This document shows positions 1-13,694 of a DNA stretch of 64,000 nucleotides, piece by piece (the first letter of the stretch is position 1; every line of letters begins with the position of its first letter). The translations under genes were made by a program, and so were the position numbers. Source of the stretch: Rhynchobatus australiae (Eukaryota); contig JAUZTB010000033.1 in assembly GCA_034780895.1 (NCBI GenBank), forward strand, positions 27,459,330 to 27,523,329. The letters are read 5' to 3'. The notes under the pieces were generated by a model. That model ran no database searches. It was not told where the DNA came from and worked only from the letters and a program-made list of their open reading frames with translations.

Positions 1-75
<75 letters not shown>
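1..75. repeat. (TA)n(CA)n compound microsatellite
   Basis: Directly visible dinucleotide runs. Confidence 0.97.
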
Positions 76-78
<3 letters not shown>

Positions 79-3000
79 AGATCCGGTTACAGTAAGGGTG
101 CCTAGAGTCGGCCTGATGCTGCTTATCAGAAGTGGACTCATTCTTGGGTCATTCTCACAGCATCTAGTGGTCACTTTAAACATGAATGATAAAGCACAAG
201 AACTCAGCCACACTTTTAAATTCAGTTGATGGGTGGACATGGGAGCAGGGAATAGAATGAACAATAGAACAAAAACCCTGCTAACCTAAACTGCACTAAA
301 ATAAATGTACAGCTCTCTAATAACAGCACTAAGTAGTTAACCTATGGTTATTCAAGTTGTCAAAGGACAGATGCAGATTTCAATTGTGATCTTGTGAAAA
401 CCTCTTAGTGCACTTTGAGCATGCAAGGCTGCCTTTAATGTTTAAGTACACAAGTCCTGATTAATAGTCCTATACTAACTGAAATCAGGGAGCCCTGAAA
501 GGATATTTTCCACTAAAATACGGCACTGCTAGAGGTGTACTCATCAGTGATGGTACTGCAGCAAGAGAGGCTCTGCCTCCTGCCAGCGTCTGATTTCAGC
601 ATCGTGGTGTATGTGGTAGAGCACAGGAACCAAAGCTTCCAAATGAGGCCCCAGAACAGAGATGAGCTGCAAGTGGTTGCTAAGATCCCCTCCTGGAGTG
701 TCTCAAAGAAGTTCAAGATCTTGCAAGAGAGGTCAAGGTTAGCTGTCATCTTGAACTGCATCTAACTTGTGTTGCTTTCAAACAGCTGCTTTGCTCACTA
801 TCAGACCACAGTTCACACATTGGACCTGCATTATGGCCATAATTTCCAGATTCCTACAGTGCACTTTCCTCCTGGAGTACATCTGCAGGCCCAGTCTTGC
901 TGGTATTCCCTTCTCCCCAACACCAACATGCTGGCATTCACAGCCCACGATTCAGTCATCTCTCCAGGTGCCTTCCTGGCCTCCTCACTGCCTTGTCCCG
1001 TCTCACCAGTCACACAAGAAAGCACAGATCACATGCACCTACAGAAATTTGATCCTGATAACCATGTCATTGTACTAACATTGCTAACACCAGAGCAATC
1101 TTTAAGTAACAATTACCATTTAAAATTCTCTGGGATCGTGGCCAATGTATTGCAAGTAGTGTATTCAACACACATTATTAATATCTACAATAGTCCAAAG
1201 TTTAATGGTTTTGTTAAATGATGAGAATGGGTGAATTAAGCTTGTGTTTGTCTAAATTCAGGCAAGATGGTTGTTTCATTTGTCCTTCATTTCCAAGTTG
1301 TAATATGTCAGTTTTTTTTTGTTCTCAATGCAAAATTGTGATTTGATACCAACCACCTAATCAGTACATCCTGGGGCAGCTATTTAATACTATTGTAGTC
1401 TGATTTATCAGATTAATTGGTTGGAAAATGTCACTTTGACCTGACAAAATAAATCCCCCTTTTTTTTTGCAGTTAAGAATAACTGGGGTGACAGTTACTC
1501 TTGATCACAAGAGCTTTTAAAATACTGAGCAGAAGGCNNNNNNNNNNNNNNNNNNNNNNNNNNNNNNNNNNNNNNNNNNNNNNNNNNNNNNNNNNNNNNN
1601 NNNNNNNNNNNNNNNNNNNNNNNNNNNNNNNNNNNNNAACAATATGTACAGCTGACAATTACAAGATAATGAATGGACAGAGCTTTAACAAAACTCAGTA
1701 CATTTTCTGACTGGCCTTTGATTTACTTTTAATTTCATCTCTTTTTACTTAAAATGTTCCTGTTGCAATTTTCCCACTCTTTCCAAAGTGCCTTTTTCTG
1801 GCACTGTTCCTGTCTAACAGGCTTTTTAAAAGCCATCACCATCGAGCATAAAGCTGCCTTCACCTGGCATCTAAAGTCCCTCTGCTCCTGCAGAGACCAT
1901 GAGGAAATCTGAGCTGTCCCTGATTGTTGCCATATCTAATCTCTTCTTGCAGGTCTTCCATCATCCATACTTCAAACTGCAAATACACCTCTCTGTATCT
2001 TGACTTGGTTATTTCCGCCACATCCAACATTGGCATCCTCTCCCCAAGTGCATGAAAGTTAACGTCCTTATTTTTGTTTTTGAATCCCTCTTTCGTCTCA
2101 ACTCGCCTTCTGCTTCAAACTTCACCAGCGTCAGATCCCCTTTTACCTTTTGACTGCGACTATCTCTATTCCCCTCCNNNNNNNNNNNNNNNNNNNNNNN
2201 NNNNNNNNNNNNNNNNNNNNNNNNNNNNNNNNNNNNNNNNNNNNNNNNNNNNNNNATTCCCAGGTTATCCTGCTCACCTGCTGTAACTTTGAGGAGACAC
2301 AATTCAATGTGCAAACAGTTTTTCTGTTTCACTTCTGCCAGGGTTACTTGGAAGAGGCAGGAATCGCTGTGAGGAGGTTGCTGGCTTTTGCCTCTCAGGT
2401 CATTTGATGCATTACAGCATTCAAGTTTTGTTCATTGTTTCTCTCCAAAATTACGTGTAGGACATTAGTTGATCAAATGTGCCCATAGGTCAGCCCAGTA
2501 ATTAACCAGGCATTGATGTTGGTGATGTGTTTCAGTGATACTTTTAGATACTAAAGTATCAGAAGAATGATTGTCATTTGTAAATTGTGCTCACTGGAAG
2601 TAACACATTTAGCAGTGAAACAGATTTGGCAGCAGATGTTCCATACATTGATATAAAGTATAATTTAAAGAAATAGGTCATCGAGACCAAACAGTCTTGT
2701 AACTATTACAACAGTGACATGCCTATCTTATTCACTTATGTAATTGATGAGATGACAACTGACCAACCACAATATGGAATTTGATCTAATCAAGCAAATT
2801 TCGATCAAAACACATTAGCGTAGATTTCTCTGTGAAACTATTCTTTAAAAATGGATAAAATGCTGCATTGCCAATACCATGCAGAGGAAACCTTCCCTAT
2901 GATTGGGATGCTGACCTACAGAATATCCAATGGCTGTACCTTTCTTAGCACGAGGGAAAAATTACACCACTTTCTGCCCAATATATTTAGACCTAGTCTG

Positions 3001-4499
3001 CCAGATAATAAGGTAGAAAAGAGAAAAAAATGCTTTTAGTGACAGGTAGTATGAGCACTCATTGGTTTTGGATGGTATTGTAAATGTGGACAGTCATGTC
3101 ACAAAGGCATATAGTGACCATAATCTTGTACTTGCAGGAAAATGGGGAGTACAACCAGAGATTTAAATGCAGAGTGTTGCAGCTCTTTCTCTATTCCCCA
3201 CTCCAATAAATTTGGTTCCCCACAGGAGGCACTGAATAAAAGAAATACCATATTGTGTGAATTTCTTGAAGCTCCACGGTCTCAGATTTTTATTACTTTA
3301 TTTGGTCTGTCTGTACTGGAAAGTTAATTAAACATGGCAATAAAGCTGTTCTATGATACACTGTCATACTGTGGCAGAACGTTGTGTGCAGTTATATTGA
3401 GTGTCACAGGGGCTCACTTGAATGCCAAAAATCATGCAGTTGCTTGGCAAAATGTCCAAATAATTTTGCATCTTGCTATCAGCTTTTTAAGCATAAACAG
3501 AGTCGATGTAATAATTTGGCCAAAATAGTTTTGAAATGACTTTCTCCTGTAGTTATGGTTTAGATGGCCTTGATATAGTGCAGAGACTTACAGTGTAAAT
3601 GTGAAAGATTGTTAGAAGGTGGTAGAACATGTGAGTGTGTTAAGCCATGTCACTTTCGGATTGTTTTAACACTTGAACATGGCCCACCAGTCTAATGCTA
3701 ATTCCCGTGTCCTAAAGCGAAGGAGAGGTTGTCTTGTGTTTGGCGAGGAAATGAGAAGTATCAGAGAACAGTGGAGGACAATAAACATTTAATCTGTACC
3801 TCAGTTACTTCCCATACCAAACTGTTTCTCTTTGTAACTTATTACATCAAACTCAAAATCAGTTTTGTGCATTTGTCGACCTTTAAGGAAACTGCTGTAC
3901 TTTCAGCTCTGTGATTTATCCCCTTTGAGACGTATCGATGCATAACGAGTCTTTCTCTTTATTTTGTTGGGTGTTCATGCTCACTCATATGCTCTACAAA
4001 CTACAAAGATCTTACTGCACTTTCAAGTGCTTGAGGATTAAAGGTCTTTTCCTTATTTTTCTTGAGGTAATAGAAAGAGTTTATTATTTTTTTCTGGGGA
4101 AATTTTGAGATTACTCATTTATTTCCAAGGGGAATGAACAAACACTAAACATAGATTTCCTGCCTCTGCTAATTTAGATTCTTCACAAAATTTAATGGGG
4201 GTTATTGAGTACCCTTGTCATTGAATCCCCATCCAGACTACACAGCTGGACTCTGAGGTACGGAGTGCCAGCAAGACAGGTTCTCCATCTCCAGCCTGGT
4301 TAAGTGTTGGCATGGGCAGACTGTGGGTGTGATTCTGGGGGGTGGGGTGAAACCAGGCCAGTACTCTCCATCCCATTACCTAATTAAATAAATATAACAG
4401 AAGGAATTAATAAAGAGTATCACTGCTTCATCCATGTGTTATTGGAAACACCTCCAATTACTAACTTGATCTCTGCTGTAAACTATCACATTAGATGAC

Positions 4500-4830
4500 A
4501 ATGCCTTTTCAGTGATAAAATACTGCTGGTATCCTATCCTGCACCATCCTGCTCACTCATCATCCTTGCCCTAGTTGACCAATATTGTCTCTGTAAGCTC
4601 CAAAGCCCAATAGCTTCCCTGCTAAGTTTTATGTTCCTCAGACTGTGGCCTCCTATTCATATCTATTCTCTGCCCCACCACTTGCAGCAATGCTTTCATC
4701 CACCTCTTTCCCTCTCTCTCCTGGAAGACTCTCCAAAAAAAACCCATCTCGTTGATTAAGCATTGGCATAATATCTATCTTTTTTATGCTTTTATATTAA
4801 TGGATGCTTTATGATGAGCTGTAGGACATT
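4500..4830 (+). mobile_element. Highly decayed L2-type LINE 3' region
   Basis: CATCATCCTTGCCCTAGTTGACCAATATTG resembles the HITP-L-LHWL coding tail; ends in an L2-like tail (TGATGAGCTGTAGGACATT). Weak similarity. Confidence 0.35.
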
Positions 4831-6789
4831 AAGTTAGGTTACATTTCCATTGTCTCACAGGAACAACAAATAGTGTGTCTCTCTTGAACAAGTTCCATAT
4901 AGCTATAACATGACACATCTGTGTCCTTCTGTGCTGTAATTAAGTTAAGTGCTTATGCTTAGATTTTTGCATATGATGCCCCTGTTATGTGGTGTGGATT
5001 GTACATCTGCAAAAAGTTTTAAACTATATTTAAAACTAATTTGAACCATGGGTATACTTCAAAGCTTCCACATCATCAGGAGGCTCTGGCATGTAAGATG
5101 GAATTTACTTCAGAAAGGAAGAAAAATTTGTCAAATTGTGGGGTTTTGCATGGCATAACTTGGATTTAAATCTCAGCATTAGTGAGGAATGTTATAACGC
5201 CTCAGAATCTGGAACACTTCTTTTTACTCCTTTTGATTTTTTTCCTTTTACTTCTGACTTGAGAGCAGTGGGAGCCTGGTAATGCAGGCAGCATCAATAC
5301 TCCCATGTGCCATGCTTTGCACATGAGCCTTGACCATACAAGTTAGGCATGACCATCAAAACCAAATCAGCGTGCACACAGTTTTCAGGCAAAGTTTCCA
5401 GTGCAGTGACTTAAAGTAGAAACTATGGGGGAGAAATTCATCTTTCCTCATTGGCACTTTGTGTGTGCAGGAGTGCAAGAGTACTGCCCACTGGTCGGAC
5501 CACATCTGTGGAAGTCACTGGGATGAATGCATGAAGATGTGCATAACCAGCTTCCTGTGATCTTACTAACATTTACTCCTTGTGATCAAAGGGGAATTTT
5601 CTTTGCCACACAAACTCTCCACCCCATACACCACCTACAAACCCCATCTCCCAACCTCCAATTCCCCCTTCACCACCAAATTGCAGTTTTCTTTTTTTGT
5701 CACAGGAACTAACAGTTCACAGTAAGTGGAGTAATAAAAATATTACATATAGAAGGAGGCCATTTCAGCTCTGAGTCTGTGCTGGTTCTTTGCCTCTCAA
5801 CTTTACCACCTGTTTAAATTAAATAACATTTCTGACAGAAAGGTCCTTTGTCACCACACTGAGGAAGTTAATAATATGTATAAGGGATACAGTTGCAAAG
5901 GTCGAATTGAGGGATGGCTCCCTATAAAACAAAACAAAGATAGAAAATGCACCTACCTTTTTTTTCAAAAATGTCAGACTATGNNNNNNNNNNNNNNNNN
6001 NNNNNNNNNNNNNNNNNNNNNNNNNNNNNNNNNNNNNNNNNNNNNNNNNNNNNNNNNNNNNNNNNNNNNNNNNNNNNNNNNNNNNNNNNNNNNNNNNNNN
6101 NNNNNNNNNNNNNNNNNNNNNNNNNNNNNNNNNNNNNNNNNNNNNNNNNNNNNNNNNNNNNNNNNNNNNNNNNNNNNNNNNNNNNNNNNNNNNNNNNNNN
6201 NNNNNNNNNNNNNNNNNNNNNNNNNNNNNNNNNNNNNNNNNNNNNNNNNNNNNNNNNNNNNNNNNNNNNNNNNNNNNNNNNNNNNNNNNNNNNNNNNNNN
6301 NNNNNNNNNNNNNNNNNNNNNNNNNNNNNNNNNNNNNNNNNNNNNNNNNNNNNNNNNNNNNNNNNNNNNNNNNNNNNNNNNNNNNNNNNNNNNNNNNNNN
6401 NNNNNNNNNNNNNNNNNNNNNNNNNNNNNNNNNNNNNNNNNNNNNNNNNNNNNNNNNNNNNNNNNNNNNNNNNNNNNNNNNNNNNNNNNNNNNNNNNNNN
6501 NNNNNNNNNNNNNNNNNNNNNNNNNNNNNNNNNNNNNNNNNNNNNNNNNNNNNNNNNNNNNNNNNNNNNNNNNNNNNNNNNNNNNNNNNNNNNNNNNNNN
6601 NNNNNNNNNNNNNNNNNNNNNNNNNNNNNNNNNNNNNNNNNNNNNNNNNNNNNNNNNNNNNNNNNNNNNNNNNNNNNNNNNNNNNNNNNNNNNNNNNNNN
6701 NNNNNNNNNNNNNNNNNNNNNNNNNNNNNNNNNNNNNNNNNNNNNNNNNNNNNNNNNNNNNNNNNNNNNNNNNNNNNNNNNNNNNGAGG

Positions 6790-7053
6790 GATGGGTGGGG
6801 GTGGTGGAGGTACGGGGATTACTTAATGTGGGAGAATTGAATGTTCATGCCGTTAGGCTGTAAGGTTCCAAGATGGAAAATGAGGTGCTGTTCCTCTAAT
6901 TTGTGCTTGGAATTCTCCTAGCAGTGGAGGAAGCCGACGACTGATATTTCAGTGATAGTGTGGGAGGGGGAGTTGAAGTGACTGGCAACAGGAAGATGCA
7001 GATCACGGTTACAGGTGGAGCGCAGGTGTTCTGCAAAACAGTCACCTAGTCTG
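6790..7053 (-). mobile_element. Penelope-like element, C-terminal GIY-YIG endonuclease coding remnant
   Basis: Minus strand translates RLGDCFAEHLRSTCNRDLHLPVASHFNSPSHTITEISVVGFLHC*ENSKHKLEEQHLIFHLGTLQPNGMNIQFSHIK*, the typical PLE C-terminus with one internal stop. The 3' UTR runs into the N gap. Confidence 0.85.
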
Positions 7054-8189
7054 TGTAAAGACCAATATAGTTTTAGTTGAAAAATTGGTAGTTGTTGTTA
7101 ATTATGAAGCTAAAGGTGGTGGGGAATATTAATGAACATGAATGATATACCAATAAGCTAGGTGCAAAACAATAAATATCTGGCACTGGCTCCTCAGTGT
7201 GGAGACTGAGCTGTTGCAACGTTGTTCAGTGACATTCACTTCCACCATTGCATTAATTCCAGTCTAATTTTGCAGAATCTGTTTAACCCATGGTATTGGA
7301 TGCAGCACTCCTGCCTTGATTTTCATTCTGGCTTTCTTTTGCACATAAAGCAGACTGGTGAATGTGATTCCTCTTGTGTTGGTGCTCAAAAGGTCTGGCT
7401 CTGCTTTTTCAAACCTCTTGATAATTTTCATAGATGAAGTATCGATGATCAGAGAGCACAGCTTAGCAATCTCAGCTCTGCCCATCTGCCCTTTTTAACG
7501 TCTCAATCACTGCATAACACTTCTTCTTTACTCCGCTGAATAAAAGGCAGAGTATTTCCTCAGTCTGCCCCAAGTGTTAGTGTCATCTGCCATGGCTAAA
7601 TAATTCAATTTCCTCAGGGAAAGTTTTTCAGAGTTTGTAATATGCTTACATGAAATTAAAAGTCTGCCCTCATACAATAAAAGACTTTCAATCTTATTTT
7701 GATTTCTCCTTTATTAAATTCATCTACTTTGCCAAGCAGGGCTTTCTCCTGGAAGGGCAGGGCTTCATAAGCTGCTGTCAGCATTTGCCAGGCGCTTTTA
7801 AAAGAACAGGCCAACCTTGCCAGTTCACTGATCTAACCCTCACCATCAGTTTCTGACTGAATGGCCATCCTTGCTTCACCACGTAGCACCAGTCAAGGCC
7901 AAATGAGAACAAGGAAGTCCTACACACTGGAATTGCTTGACTGCACAAGCTGCCGTCTCAATTTACTATTGTCCACCAGCCCTAAGGCACCGGGAAGCTG
8001 CAGATTTCCATTNNNNNNNNNNNNNNNNNNNNNNNNNNNNNNNNNNNNNNNNNNNNNNNNNNNNNNNNNNNNNNNNNNNNNNNNNNNNNNNNNNNNNNNN
8101 NNNNNNNNNNNNGGTTGACTGGGCCCAGGAACAGTGCCATTGATTTAAATCAGCAGAACTGTCACTGGGAAATAAGGTAAATTTTAGAT

Positions 8190-8330
8190 CATTTGAAAGT
8201 AAAATGCTGCAGATGCTGGAAATTTGAAATAAAGCCTAAAATGCTGGAAACACTCAGCAGGTTATATGTGACTGAAAATAAATCTAATTCTGATTCGGGT
8301 CAGGCAACATCTGTGGAAAAGGTGGAAAAG
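8190..8330 (-). mobile_element. PLE-derived terminal repeat fragment
   Basis: CTGCAGATGCTGGAAAT...ATGCTGGAAACACTCAGCAGGT...GGTCAGGCAACATCTGTGGA is the reverse complement of the recurrent TCCACAGATGCTGCCTGACCTGCTGAG unit. Confidence 0.7.
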
Positions 8331-8379
8331 CAATTGGGTTGTAGTAGAGGATTTTAACTTTCCCAGTATTGACTGGACT

Positions 8380-9170
8380 TTCCTTGTTGCAAAGTACTGA
8401 GATGAGGAGGAATTTGTAAGATGCATCCTGGAGGGTTTTCCAAAGCAGTACGTAGGGTCCTACTAGGGAGGGGGCTGTACTTGACCTTATCTTAGGGAAT
8501 GAGGAAGGGTTTATGAACTGCCTATGGAGGAACTCTTTGGGAACAGTGACCATAGTTTGGTAAGCTTCAAGGTGGTCATGGAAAAGGATAAAGAGGTCCT
8601 CGAGTTAGGGACCTAAATAGCTGGATCATTCTCTCTTCTCCCTTCTCCCTTCTCCCACTGGGCAGAAGATTAAAAAAGCCGAGAGCACAACCCACCAGAT
8701 CCAAGGACGGCTTCTAGCCCACTGTTATCAGACTCTTGAACCGACCCCTCGTACGCCAGAAGATGAACTCTTGATCTCTGAGTCTTACCTCGTCATGGCC
8801 CTTGCACTTTATCTGTCTACCTGCACTGCACTTCCTCTGTAATCCAACCCTACATTTGGCATTCTGTTTTCTTTTTACTACCTCAAGCTAATTATGTATG
8901 GCACGATCTGCCTGGATGGCACGCAAAACAAAAGCTTTTCACTGTATCTCAGTACACGTGACAATAATAAACTAATGCCAATACCAATAGTATAAGAGAA
9001 AACCTGGCAGAAGTAGATTGGGAGCAGCTGCTAGAAGGGTAAACAACATCTGCTAAGTGGGAGGCATTTAAAAGCGAGATAGTGAGAGTTCAGTCAGCAT
9101 ATCCCTGTAAGGGTATGAAGCAACTTTAGGAACACAATGGATATTGAAGATTTAATCAGGGAAAAGAAGG
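8380..9170 (+). mobile_element. Decayed CR1 LINE ORF2 (endonuclease-linker region), interrupted by a Rex1/Babar insertion
   Basis: CCTACTAGGGAGGGGGCTGTACTTGACCTTATCTTAGGGAATGAG = PTREGAVLDLILGNE; GGGAACAGTGACCAT = GNSDH. Resumes after 8990 with LAEVDWEQLLE and KWEAFKSEIVRVQ. Confidence 0.8.
8622..8990 (+). mobile_element. Rex1/Babar LINE 3' end
   Basis: Frameshifted HSLFSLLP..GRR..TTRSKDGF*PTVIRLLN motif, then a 3' UTR ending TTTCACTGTATCTCAGTACACGTGACAATAATAAAC and a CCAATA repeat tail. Confidence 0.7.
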
Positions 9171-11183
9171 AAGCATCTCTGTCCACAGGTGCTGCCTGAC
9201 CTGCTGAGTGCTTCCAACACTATCTGTTTTGTATTAGTTAATTTTCACTTTTTAAAAAATTATTCCAATTTATTTATATGCTTTCAGTGATTTTTCAATT
9301 TTAATTTTGTAATATGTTATTTAAAATTAATAGTTTAATTTTTGTTGTAGCTTCAACTGTTTACAAATGTCAGAAATGTTGAGTATTTGACAAGTTTGAC
9401 AATCAGCTAAGCGAGAGGGCTGTCGAAGCGTTGCTGTGGTCAGCGTTCTGACATCACTTGATGGATTTGCCTTTGGATAGAGGGCCCTGTTGCCACACGG
9501 GGAGTTGCTGATGAGGATTGGGTTGACTTTGGCTGGAAGTTCCTGCTGGAAAGTTTGGGAGATTAAATGTGGACATTGAGCAAAGGTCACTCTCTGCTGA
9601 CTGGAAGATTTAGACTGGCGCATGTCCTCCCTCCTTTCCTTCCTGAANNNNNNNNNNGAAGATTCGGAAAACCATGTTTCTCCCCCCATATATCGGAAAA
9701 CCATAACAGGAAGAATCGGAAAACCATGTTTAAAGCAGAGCTCAGACAGCTTCTGCAATGATACTGCATAATGTAGAGGAGGAAGGAGAAACTGTTTACA
9801 CTGGAGGGTAGGTTGGTAATCAAAGAACACAGACTTAATATCATTTGCAAATGAACTGGGAGATAAATTTCTATGTCGTGGGTTGTACGCATACACATAC
9901 ATACATGCTCACGCACACACATTTATTCTTAGAATAACCTTGGGTGGTGGAAGCAGAATCAATAGTAACTTTACAAATTAATTGAAGGAAAAGATATTTG
10001 GTGGGGGAGGGAGGGCAGGCTGGAATAAAAGCAGAGGAGGAGGAGTGCTGGATGATCTTTTAAAACACCACACAGCTCATTGATGTGAACAGCCAGTTCT
10101 TTTGTATGAAATGTCAAACTTCTTCAGATAATCTATCAGCCCTCACTTGTGCATCAATAATTTGTTTGGTTGATTATAGGATGGGGCAGGAACTTCTCAG
10201 GAACTTTTACTAAATTGTATCGAATTTGCTACTGAGAAGCAAGCAATGGAGCCCAGCGATCCTCGCCTGTGTTCTGATGGAGCCATCTCCCGCCCGGTTT
10301 CACTAAACCTATCAGCTAATGTTGCTCTAGTACTCTTGTCCTTCTCCACACGGATCATTGTCCACTGTCCACATTGCCCGGTCCACCTCACCTCTCCATC
10401 TGGTGCCGAATTTCACATTAACCACTCTCTGTGTAAAGGCGCTTGTCCATTGAATTTTTAGGTGACCATTTACGATCCTTTGTTTCTCATTTCTCTGTGC
10501 ACTCTCGCACACACTGAGCTTGTCCGCAGTTTCTTGGCCACTGTTTCTCCCAGAGGTTTGCCTTGCTCTCAGGTTTGGTTGGCAGGTGGGGTTGTGGAGG
10601 GGAGCTGGTGAGGTAGCTGAAGGGTGAAGGCTCGTCTGTGGGGGAGTGTAGGATTGATGAGATGCAGCAGAGGGCTTGATGGATCCACTGGGCTTCTACC
10701 CTCTCACTTAACTTGAATGTAAATATTTACACTGGCAGTGGTGGGGGTGCTTGGATTTTCAGGGAATTTGATCAATTTTCCATTGGGATTTATCCAAGTT
10801 GTCTTTAGGTTAATGAAAGGTTCCAGGTTTGTATTTTTTAATCACTCCAACAAGAAAAGATCCAGAGTCTATACACATATCACTCTCATAAACTTTTTCC
10901 TAATAGTGCCACACAGAGCTACGCAAATGTCAAAGTGTTAATGATTCATCTAAGTGGGCAGGTTCCGCAAGCTGCTGCTCAGCAGTGTCCTGATCTGAGT
11001 CTTGAGTTGCTGCTTTTACCCATATTTCTTACATGCCTTGATTTAAAGCTGTTTCTCGCTGACAGTGGGTTGTAGTTCCATAGCCCCATCTCTGGTCCCA
11101 AACCCAGCTGGCTGCTTTTCATTTCAGTCTGGAATATTCAGCTGTAGGAGCAATTACCATCACTCCCAGTCCTCAGCTCAGAT

Positions 11184-11186
<3 letters not shown>

Positions 11187-11229
<43 letters not shown>
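11187..11229. repeat. (CA)n microsatellite
   Basis: Directly visible. Confidence 0.97.
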
Positions 11230-11232
<3 letters not shown>

Positions 11233-11234
11233 GT

Positions 11235-11550
11235 ACATTTTCTTTCTCTCTCCTTACCTTTGACCCATCCCCTGGTGGATCTGCTCTCCCCTCCTCCCTT
11301 TGCACCTGCCTATCACTGTCTCTTACCTGCATCTACCTATCACCACCTTGTACCCACCCCACCTCCCCTCTTTTGTCCACCTATCACTGCTCTGCTTTTC
11401 CTGCCTATATATTGGGCTTCCCCTTTTCCTATATTCAATCCTGAAGAATGGTCCTGCTTTTCTCCACAGATGCTGCCTGGCCTACTGAGTTCCTCCAGCA
11501 TCGTAGTGCTTTTCATCGATTCCAGCATCTGTGCAGTCCTTTGTTTCTCG
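11235..11550 (+). mobile_element. Penelope-like element 3' end (pyrimidine-rich UTR plus terminal repeat; ribozyme region internally deleted)
   Basis: C/T-rich tract, then CCTGAAGAATGGTCC, then TCCACAGATGCTGCCTGGCCTACTGAGTTCCTCCAGCA...GATTCCAGCATCTG. Same layout as 58786-59300. Confidence 0.75.
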
Positions 11551-11814
11551 AAGTTTCCACAGGTTTACTGACAACTTTGTGTTATCAGCACAGGACTAAC
11601 TCTTTGTGTATATTGTCATACACTGTAGTACACTACTATTGCAGGGCCTTTTCCATTGTTTTTCACTTCGCCTCTCTCTGATGGTTGGCAGCTTCATACG
11701 GTAGAATGGTGAAGCAGACTGAGATCCAAACCAATAGCTGTTTACTTATTACTCCCAAAGAGCTGGAGAAACTTTTTATCATTTTCACTCACTTAAGAAA
11801 GCTGGATCCTTGGG

Positions 11815-11985
11815 AATAAAAACTGAAAATGCTGGAGATACACCAGCAGGTCTGGCCTATGATGAAGGGTCATTGACCCAATACATTAATTTTGCTTCTG
11901 TATCCACAGATGCTGCCTGACCTGCTGAGTATCTCTAGCATATTCTGGTTTAGTATCAGATTTCCAGCATCTGCAGTTCTTTCTT
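11815..11985. mobile_element. PLE-derived partial fold-back element
   Basis: ATGCTGGAGATACACCAGCAGGTCTGGC is inverted relative to GCCTGACCTGCTGAGTATCTCTAGCAT, with a decayed TGATGAAGGGTCATTGACCC motif between them. Confidence 0.7.
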
Positions 11986-12209
11986 TTCTTAATCAGAGTT
12001 CCATAGATGAAACGTGGTTTAGTGCTTGAAGCAAATCTTAAAGATTGGGGAAAGATAAACTTCCATTTTTGTAGTTACATTTAAGACCTTAGAACAGTGA
12101 GGCACATTTGAATTGTAGTTACTCCTTTAGCACAGAGAAACATAACAAACAATATGTACACAGCAAGATCCCACAAACAAGATTCCATCTTTTGAAGGTA
12201 AATAAGCAT

Positions 12210-12432
12210 ACACAAGTTAAGTAGTCATTAGTAATGACAACCGCAAAAACTACTGAATTGTTGTAAAAACCATGTCCTTCAGGGGAGGAATTCTGCTATC
12301 CTTACCCAGTCTGGCCTGTATGTGACACTAGACCCACCAATGTGGTTGACTTTTAAATGCCCTCTGAATGGCCAGCAAGTTGTGCAAAAGCCAAGGGCAA
12401 TTCTGGATGACCAATAAATGCTGGCCTTGTTG
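12210..12432 (+). mobile_element. Decayed SINE-like repeat (3' half resembles the human MER6 internal sequence)
   Basis: GTCCTTCAGGGGAGGAATTCTGCTATCCTTACCCAGTCTGGCCTGTATGTGACACTAGACCCACCAATGTGGTTGACTTTTAAATGCCCTCTG...CAATAAATGCTGGCCTTG, recognised from memory of the family. Confidence 0.55.
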
Positions 12433-13694
12433 TGCACCTTAAGAGGAAAACTATCCTCTTTGCTGTTTGCAGTCAAGTATTAAATGTGTGTATAAAAATT
12501 AAATTATCTCTAGCAATATAGAAACTCTTCCCTCATACCAGTTTTTTTTATTATGCCATTTTTAATCAAGAAACTCAGCCAAACCCTTTAGTACAAAACT
12601 GAATAAAAGTTTTAAAGGTTCACAATTACCATGGATTTGATGCTGTCCACCCTAAGCAAACCAGGCGCTAGGAGAACTAAGATCCAAGTGACACACCCAT
12701 CTGTTTCCTGTCCCATCTTAAAGACAGGTAGGTTATTCAGGCAGGAGTATTCGGAATATTTGTGCTCAGGTTCCTATTTTACAGATGGGAACTCTCAATC
12801 ATTTTTGTGCCTCATTGGAGAGATTAGTTGTCATAGGCACACTGCTCAGTAGAGGCTGTCAGGCTAGAAGTGGAAGCTCTTCAAGATAAATAGTAAACAA
12901 AACTCCCTCAGGCCTCTCACATTTTCAAACTCCTGCATACACAGTCATTTATTCAGCCTCCCAACCCAAGTGAGCTGCTTCTGAATACCTGTTTAACCTG
13001 GGATACTTGTCTGTTCCATTTAAATAAAATCTGCCCATTAAGATGGAGAAGGGGTGTCTGACTGTACTTCCTAGAAAATCTTTGTGCATTCCTCAGGCTG
13101 ACTTCCCAGGAGTTAAGATTATTCGAAGCCAGTCTGGAAAATATGAATGTGATGCTGGCATATATCTTGATCACAAAACAGTGAGGATGCAAGGATAATA
13201 TACAATACATGCATAGGTGTCTTCATTTATATAAGCCTGTCTGATGTGGAACAGTAATTGCAGCTTTTATTCAATATTTAATATATTTCCAGTAATGATG
13301 GGCAGTATTCAGAAAGTAGTTCAAAATGGAAGGAAAACCACTTGATTTCCTCAAATTTCAGAGGAGCCAGCTGAGAAAAACTTTCTCTTTCAATTCCCTG
13401 TTAAACTTCTTCATAATTGTTCAACAATTACAGTTCCTCCTGAGATCCATCCAATAAAAACATTTGAGTATGTTTTCAGATTTTGCTCACTATTCATCTT
13501 TGCATTCAAACACCCAGTCAGAGTCATGATTGAGGCCAAAGCTGCTGTTATGATGCCATTTAGGACTTGATGATGAGTTCCAGCATGCTTTCTTCATTTA
13601 GGCATGGTGTTGATGTTAATCAATCTTGAGCACAGTACAAGTACAAAGTAGCAAGGAGTAATCAATGAGATAATTCAAAGCAGGAACCAGAGAT

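Noticed and set aside
513-1221. Overlapping ORFs up to 150 aa
   Set aside because: No recognisable domain or splice context. Possibly a decayed transposon, but I could not assign it.
5876-6840. 316-aa and 297-aa ORFs (also 17480-18131)
   Set aside because: Almost entirely N-gap translation.
9327-9902. 191-aa minus-strand ORF
   Set aside because: Crosses a gap, has no homology I recognise and no splice support.
11065-11571. 168-aa ORF with a (HT)n run
   Set aside because: Read-through of a CA microsatellite and a PLE 3' UTR.
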